DNA of 64,000 nucleotides from the human T2T-CHM13v2.0 reference genome, Homo sapiens. Made by a program: the position numbers and the translations under genes. The notes beneath the pieces are model-generated. The model was given only the letters and a program-made list of their open reading frames with translations, was not told where the DNA came from and searched no databases. The stretch is from assembly GCF_009914755.1 (NCBI RefSeq), contig NC_060945.1; one strand, written 5' to 3'. Positions 55,901 through 64,000 of this stretch are shown piece after piece; position 1 is the stretch's first letter; every line of letters starts with the position of its first letter.

Positions 55901-56600
55901 TTCATCTACGTTTCATTGCCTTGAGTGATGGGAACTTATTTTAATTTTCAAAACTAGCATATGTTTAACAGACTTGTGCAGAGCTGCCTATGTGACCTGG
56001 GGAAAAAATTATCTGGACTCTCACCATGCAGATTATCAGCTTGAATTGCTAATGCATTCCTTACCCCCGACGGATGTCTTTTTGACATGTCTACAGAGGA
56101 ATAAGCCCTAAAACACAGAAATAACAAACTGTACAATCTATATCTCGCCCTTGGGCAGGAGGGGTATTGCACTGTGTGGGAAAGATTTACATTCTACCAA
56201 AAAATCTAAGCAAAGAGTATTTACATAAGCACAAAAATTTTTTCACAAACTTGTTCAAATAAACTAAGAGAAGAACACAACTGTGATCGCAAAACAGATA
56301 ACATCACATAGATTCTGGCTTCTGACTTTACTGCTGTTGTTCATAGCATGTAATTCTAGATAATAAGAATTTTAGGTAATTAGAATAGAAGTGCCTCTTC
56401 AGATGTGCTAAAATGTTACGTGCATGGCTGTTTCTAAAGAGGGAATAATGTTGGTGTACACCTAACGCTAACCAACTGTGCCCTAATGAAGGTAAATCCC
56501 CAAATATCCATAACACTCACTTTGTTTTCTGTGTACGGCCAATCTCCAGTCAAGAGCTCCTTTACCCTGACACTAGTCTCACCCATGTTGTTCAGCTATG

Positions 56601-56880
56601 CAGTGGTTCTCCAACAGGGTAAGCTTGTTAACTACATGGGTCCTAGGCCACTTTGCTTTTTGAGCCCTATGAACTGTTTCTAGGTAGAGGTTCAAAGTTC
56701 TTGGCAAAGATGATTGTCACGACTTGGGTGGTGCTACTGGCATCTATCTAGTAGGTAGAAGCTAGGGATGTTACTAAACATCCTACAATGTACAGGCAGC
56801 CTCCGCTGTAGGCCCTCCCCCACCCAACATAAACAATTATTTGGCTCAAAATGTCAGTAATTCCCAGGTTGAAAACTCCA
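56601..56880 (+). mobile_element. MER20 (hAT-Charlie) relic
   Basis: cagtggttctc...ttgtcacgac...ggtgctactggcatcta...gggatgttactaaacatcctacaatg...caaaatgtcagta...aggttgaaaac. Confidence 0.75.
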
Positions 56881-57749
56881 ACCTAAGCCTTTACTTAGGG
56901 GGAAAGAGTCATGTCTTACTGTTCTCTGTATTTCTATTTGTTCACAGAACAAAATTAGCATTCAAATATTGGTTGAACCAAACAGAGTTTCCACTCAAAA
57001 CATAATTAATCCAACTGACATCATATAAAACAATAACTATGTAAACTGTAAATCCTACAAAATACAGCCTCCCTTCCACAGAAGCAAAAAAAAAAAAACG
57101 TTAATTTTTAAAAGGTAGTTGGTGTATCAAAAGTTATTAACATTAAGCAAGATAACCCCTTCAACTCAAGATTACAGAAGATTGCCCCATAATTATTTCA
57201 TATAAAATGATCAAAAATAATTTTATTGTATTAACTCCCTGTGGGTCAATTTATAATAGTAATCTTTTAATTAAGAAATCTTGAGGGTTAATTATCCAGC
57301 TTTCATTTAAAAAAAAAAATGAGGTGGTAACTATTTCTGGGCAAAGTTCACCAGGAAGCAAGACAATGCACTCATAACTAGGGTTCCAAGACCAAGCAAG
57401 CCAGTCAGAATCTCTCTGTAGGTAAAGACTTTCAAATTCTAGCCAATCATTTCATAATGAACAACTTAGACAAACGGAGAAAAGGCTTAAAAACTGGAAT
57501 CTCTTTGAATAATGTATTAACTCTACTGGAATAACAAATATATACTAATAGGTTACATAAATCAAAAGCCCTATGAAAATATATAACTAAAAAAATTATT
57601 GCTAGAAACCTCTCTATGTCTTGTATCTGCAACTATGAACAGGGTCTAATCCATCACTGTCTATATCTCTAGAGACCTCAGGGGACTTACAGCTGGGTCA
57701 GGGTCACTGTAGGAACTGGCTGAAGGGACCCACACATGAAAGTACCAAT

Positions 57750-57940
57750 ATGATCTTTGGAATCAAAAGGCAAAAGTCAATTCTGTATTTAGTAATTACC
57801 AGCTGTTTGGAGAAAGCCAGTTAACTTTACCTCTTGATTTCCTTTATCTCTCAAATGGACATAGTAACATCCCACCTCACAGGATATTATGAGGATTAAA
57901 ATGCAGTAATATACATAAAATGGAGAGTAAGCACTTTAAG
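57750..57940 (+). mobile_element. MIR
   Basis: ctttggaatca...ttaccagctgt...tttcctttatct...aaatgg...acctcacaggatattatgaggattaaa. Confidence 0.65.
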
Positions 57941-59298
57941 AGCTAATCATATTGTCTCAACTTGTATCTAGCAGGAAGAGGGAAAAGAAAAGAAAACTAA
58001 AATGAGCACGTTCGTAAGACATCTGGGGAGCCTGAACTGATGAATACACAGCATTTGAAATCTCCTGCGAGCTATCCCTACAAAGATACCTGCTATTTAT
58101 TCAGGAACCCTGAGAGAGGATTTCCTGCACTAAAGAAAATGCTGACTATATAACCACATATGACACACTGGTTTAAAGAATGTCTTATGCCATTTAAAAT
58201 AGACAATCTTTCCTTGTTTATCTGCAAGACGTCTGCCTGCCAAGTTGTCTCTAAAAGAGACAAACTGGTAACGACACTGCAACACGTGTGTCGTCAACCC
58301 CAGCTACACGCTCAGTGTGGCAGATCTGACTCACCAAGTCTACATAGTATTTTTAAACTATCTAAGATATTTTAACTCATGCAGTTTAATGGCAATTTTA
58401 GCTCTTTTCAGAATGTCTGATATAAGGTTCATGAAGTCCACTCTGACAATTTACTATCCGTGAATCACAATGATTCTAAACAGAGCTAAGAAGCAAATTT
58501 CAAGATATTAAATTTTTTTGGTTCATTTCTTTAGCCACAGTATTAAATTTGTTTCTACACAGAACTTCTCTTGTGTAAGAAATTTGTTATTGCATGCTTA
58601 TACCACTAAGTTATTAAATATATCACTAGTAATGTATACTCAAAATGGCCCAGTGAGGTTTAAGACATTCGTTTCGAAGTATGAATAAATGCCTCATTTC
58701 ATATCTAATTCAGTGTTCTCAAAAACAGTTTTCAGAAAATGTCAACAGTTATTACCTGGGAGTGGGGAGAATTCTGTCATAAAACACATATGGGAAATGG
58801 ATCATTCAAGATGGATACTGGAGGCTTTTGAAAAAAAAAACCGTAATAATGAAGTCAGTTTAACTTTTTTAAAACCAAGGTTTCCCAAAATGTATTTGAC
58901 CGTGGGACACTTCCATTGTGACACATTTAACATGCTTGGAACTGAATTTGAAAAATGTACTAAGAGATTTGAAATGGATGATCAAGCAAAACTTAACCAG
59001 ATCATTCTGAGTGAAACAAAATAAACAAAACCAAAAGAAGCCTTAAAGGGAACAAAAGCAGGAGTGTTACCAAGCTCCTGCAGAAATGATGATTATAATA
59101 ACACATCAGATTTGGCTCTAGGCAAAATAATTACATGACATGAAGAATTGAGAGCAAGAAAAGAGAGGATTAGAATGAAGGAGTGTTTCCAAAGGCCTAA
59201 AATATTTCAGAAGCAAATCATGAGCATTCAGAAAATGCCAAAAGGGTACAAGTCAAGAATTTTATAAGGTCCCAATGCAGTGTAAAATTCCAGGTCTT

Positions 59299-59591
59299 GG
59301 ACAGGCACCATGGCTCACACCTGTAATCCCAGCACTTTGGGAAGCCGAGGCAGGTGGATCATGAGGTTAGGAGTTCAAGACCAGCCTGGCCAAGATGGTG
59401 AAACCCCGTCTCTACTAAAAATACAAAAATTAGCCATGCGTGGTGGCAGCTGCCTGTAATCCCAGCTACTCAGGAGGCTGAAGCAGAGAATTGCTTGAAC
59501 CCGGGAGGCAGAGGTTGCAGTGAGCTGAGATCACACCATGTATTCCAGCCTGGGTGACAGAGTGAGACTCCGTTTCAAAAAAAAAAAAAAA
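59299..59591 (+). mobile_element. Alu (AluSg-group)
   Basis: ggccaagatggtg, gcagagaattgc; TSD AAAATT(C/T)CAGGTCTT. Confidence 0.95.
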
Positions 59592-61055
59592 TTTCAGGTC
59601 TTAGGTCTTTTAAACTATACAGGTGAACTAAATCATGGTGGTTTGTTCCAAACTAAGTTAAATTTTCACTTAGCGATATAAACGTGAGATGGCTAATGAC
59701 AAGCAGATGCACAAATTTTATCACATCCCTGGATTCCTAAATTGCATTTGTGAAATTCAATAAAGTGACACGAAGTATAGACAATAAGTGAATAAGAACT
59801 AAGAACAGAAAAAGTAGAAGACATGGATATCTGCAGCAAAGCCCACACCCGAGGGGAGAAAAACATTAGTGCTGTTGTTTCCATGATACGAGCACAGGTT
59901 CCTACACTGATTTCACAATAAAAAATACAAATTACTTCTAATTTTCCCATTTTCACACAAGTGAAAGAGAGTTCAGCCCAATTTCTGAATTAAATTTTCC
60001 TTCCTATAGAGGGAAGGTCTTTAGAAAATCTTTACAAAATAGTACTACACATGCCTTGTGATATTAGGGTGATACGGTGATAAATTAAAAGCAACAGGTA
60101 ATTAATATGATTAATGTAATACCCAGAGAACTTCACTATTTCTTAAATGTTTTCCTGAGATGTTATATTGAAACGTTGTGCTAAATGTCATTACATAAAA
60201 TGTTGAGCATCACACAACAGCTGACAAACTAATCTTCCAAAAAGAAAGGAATAGATGGTCATTCACACGAAGGTTACATTTTACAAACAAAACTGGACAC
60301 ACAATACCATTCTGTGATGTTTAAGATACAACAAAACATGTACTGCTTTTTTAAAAATTGCTGTAATGAGGCTCTCACAGTTATTCACGTTTTATTTAGC
60401 TACAAGTTTTAAGATATCTGTGAAAGAAAACTTCTTTGTTTTAAGTTCTTGTTTGAAGATCACCAAGCTTCTATAGTGTCTCTCTGAAGTGGTGACACGC
60501 TGACTTCCAGGCACAAGCCAGGCACAAGAGAAGCTCTGCAGGAAACAGCAAGGCCACTCTCCATAAGGAGACAGGCTTGGCCATGACAACTGTGGCTTAG
60601 AGCTGAGGAGCACAGCAACTCACAACTAATGTCTTTGAATTTTAGGTACCAGCACTGAGAATCAAGTTCCTTTCCATGTTTTAAGAAACTAATAAAATCC
60701 TCAAGAAGACCTGTTTTAGATATTCATGACATTTCCTAAGGCATTCTATAATGTTAAAATACTTAGAAATGACTCAACCATTTGGCTAAGCTTACGCTAA
60801 GGGCAAATTCCTGTTTCTAGATGCGTCAGGTCTGGACAGCACCAATATGTGAGCTTCAACACCCAGAGACTTGACTTCTATTTAGCAATTTATATTTTTA
60901 GTAGTAGCCTTCCCTTCCTTCCTTCCTTACTATCACAGAAAAGAACAAAGAAAAAAAAATTCTGCTTCAAAAGCCAAAGAGTTCACTACTAAGAATAAAT
61001 TCTATTATCTTCCTTAGACTATGCCTATTACTGGGTAATATAAATATATGTTGTT

Positions 61056-61388
<333 letters not shown>

Positions 61389-62217
61389 GTCTGTTGTCAA
61401 TGAAGTAGTGAAAAGGCCCGTAAAACAAAACACTTCATTATTTACCAAAGGAGCACCGAGGTTTTCCAGCGAAATGCAACCATTTTATTGTTCACAGTGA
61501 TTCTATAAACGTTTTTCCTTTAAGACAATTGCGCATAGAGCAATACACTCAGTCAGTCACTCATATATTTGTTGGCTCTTTTTACTAAGCCAAAACAAAG
61601 ATTATTAAACTCTTATTAGAGACAACAACAGTGTAATGGAGGCATGCTTAAATAAGGGAAATAAGAAAATTTATACTATACTAAGTATAATTTAAGCATT
61701 GATAGCCAAATGACCAATACGGCAATACTTGAGAAATGTCCAGTCATAAGAAGCTCCTCTGAACGATAAAGCCAAACTTACTGACAACTGACTTGAACTA
61801 ATACCTAATTCAAGTCATCTGAGAGATCTAACCAACTGTTCTCATCAGTGAGAAACATTATATGTTATCTATTGCACAATATGACTGAAAGATAGTCATG
61901 TCTTGAATCTCAAATCTTCAGAATGATAAACCACAAAACTCTACTTTGACACCTAATGTATACAGATGAATGTCTGTCTACTTCCTACTGGAATCGTGAT
62001 AGTTGAATTAAGATTTTTTTTTTTTTCACTCAGATCCTGTTTTCTTAAATAAGGAAAAACAATAATAAACTTACCATATTAAACAACTAAAAATCAGTTG
62101 TCCATAGATGACAAATGTGATACAATCTAGCTGTCACTAGATAAAAGGTTAATTTTGTAAACAGAGTCAGTTAAAAAAATAAACAAAAAAATAAGCAATT
62201 TAAGATAAAAGTACTTT

Positions 62218-62346
62218 GGCATGGTGAGACATTACACTCACTGGGGCCAGGAGTTCAAGGCTGTAGTTTGCTATGATCGAGCCTGTGAATAGCTACTGCA
62301 CTCCAGCCTCACATAGGGAGACCCTATCTCTTTAAAAAAGAAAAAA
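62218..62346 (+). mobile_element. FAM (fossil Alu monomer) remnant
   Basis: ggctgtagtttgctatgatcgagcctgtgaatagctactgcactccagcc carries the 7SL/FAM-specific GCCTGTGAATAGC segment; A tail. Confidence 0.8.
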
Positions 62347-63062
62347 GTGATGTCTCAAATATGGTGTTTGGGACTCACTAAAAATAACTAAATTTAAGGG
62401 GGAAAGATTAAATTGGTATTATATATGCCATATGCTTAAATTCTGATTTTAGCTCAACCTTATAATTAAATCTGTACTTTGCACCCATTAGACATTTCAG
62501 CAAACTGAAGTTCATTCAAATCAAAATCTACAAAAAGAACAAGATCCCAAGGCACTGAATTAGACTTTTAATATTCAAGATGTAAAATAGGCACTCTTTT
62601 AAGAAATTACTTTTAGTTCTCCTCTACCTTTAAAAAAAGTTTCTCTCCTACTCGTGAACTAATTCAGAACTTTACATTTCTGTTACACAGCATATGATTT
62701 CTGCTTTATTACTTGGATATCTGTTTAGTATTCACAACATATATGTATCTCCATTAAGCCCAGAATTCTTTGACAGATGGTCTCACCCAAAGAACTCATA
62801 AATACTTGATTACTTCAACTTAGTTTGCAAAAATTAAAAAATCAGTAAATTATGTTACAGACTATAGTATTTTGAGTGTTAAAATCACTTCTAAAGAACA
62901 CCATCACAACAGAACCCTAAATTCAGAATCGGGTTGACATGGTCTAAGAAAGTGAATAAACGGGTAAGTGATCTTCCTAGTGCATCATATTCTACACTAA
63001 AAATTCACCATTTATACTTCATTTCTGAAACTCAATGTCAAAGAGAAGATTAAAAATCTGGG

Positions 63063-63362
63063 GGCTGGGCACAGTGGCTCATGCCTGTAATCACAGCACT
63101 TAGGGAGGCATGGGTGGGTAGATCCCTGAGCTCAGGAGTTGGAGACCAGCCTGGGCAACATGGCAAAACCCCGTCTCTAAAAAAAGATACAAAAATTAGC
63201 TGGGCATGGTGGTGCATGCCTGTAGTCCCAGCTACTTAGGAGGCTGTGGAGGGAGGATCGCTTGAGCCCAGCAGGTCAAGGCTGCAGTCAGCCAAGATTG
63301 TGCCACTGCACTCCAGCAGAGTAAAACCCTGCCCCATCTCTCAAAGACAAAACAAAACAAAA
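63063..63362 (+). mobile_element. AluJb-like
   Basis: gagctcaggagtt, cctgggcaacatggcaaaacc, gggaggatcgcttgagccc; (CAAAA)n tail. Confidence 0.94.
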
Positions 63363-63610
63363 CATCTGACAGTTCCTGAGTAATCGGCAGCCTACGTAAG
63401 GAACCTATTAATACTGCATATGCAATTTTTATTAACACACTTGCCAATATCCTCATTTTAGGACTAGTCTAATGTTTGTATGATGCCAGACTAATTTTGA
63501 ATGTCTGAATTATTCACAATTACTAGGAAGACAAATCATTAGACTATGGATTCAGTCTACAATCTTATTCTATATCTTTTGGCTATGTTAACTGATTAAC
63601 AACTAGAATA

Positions 63611-63998
<388 letters not shown>

Positions 63999-64000
63999 AG

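Noticed and set aside
58708-58960. Possible hAT/Charlie relic and other faint L1M/L2 remnants (about 3400-3900, 13300-13700, 41070-41560, 55000-55330)
   Set aside because: Too decayed to assign family or boundaries by eye; needs RepeatMasker.
62218-62346. Functional 7SL RNA gene
   Set aside because: Only a decayed FAM-type fragment lacking the S domain and an intact 5' end.

Overview
Human (or very close primate) genomic DNA lying entirely inside the APP (amyloid-beta precursor protein) gene, which is transcribed on the minus strand. The window holds two coding exons: exon 2 (42255..42088, 168 nt, residues V20-E75) and exon 3 (20191..20062, 130 nt, V76-L118 plus the first base of codon 119). 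Together they encode most of the N-terminal growth-factor-like/heparin-binding domain. The rest is intron: the 3' part of intron 1 (42256..64000), all of intron 2 (20192..42087, 21,896 nt) and the 5' part of intron 3 (1..20061). The introns contain about 25 dimeric Alus and 6 monomers or fragments, many with readable target-site duplications (TSDs). They also carry a HERV-H LTR7 solo LTR, MaLR LTRs (MSTA, MLT1), DNA-transposon relics (MER46/Tigger4, MER44, MER33, MER20, MADE1), L1/L2/MIR remnants and several local tandem duplications. None of the other ORFs in the track looks like a real gene. I see no self-evident novel gene system. The best hypotheses are at the RNA level. (1) Exon 2 is phase 0/0 and bracketed by inverted Alus, so it could form a stop-free, rolling-circle-translatable circRNA. 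(2) A sense-oriented LTR7 has lost its TATA box and U5. (3) An antisense AluJ 269 nt below exon 2 has gained a strong splice acceptor by deletion. (4) Four Alus in intron 2 form a nested inverted cluster. Repeat subfamily calls were made by eye from remembered consensus sequences, and boundaries are approximate unless TSDs are given.
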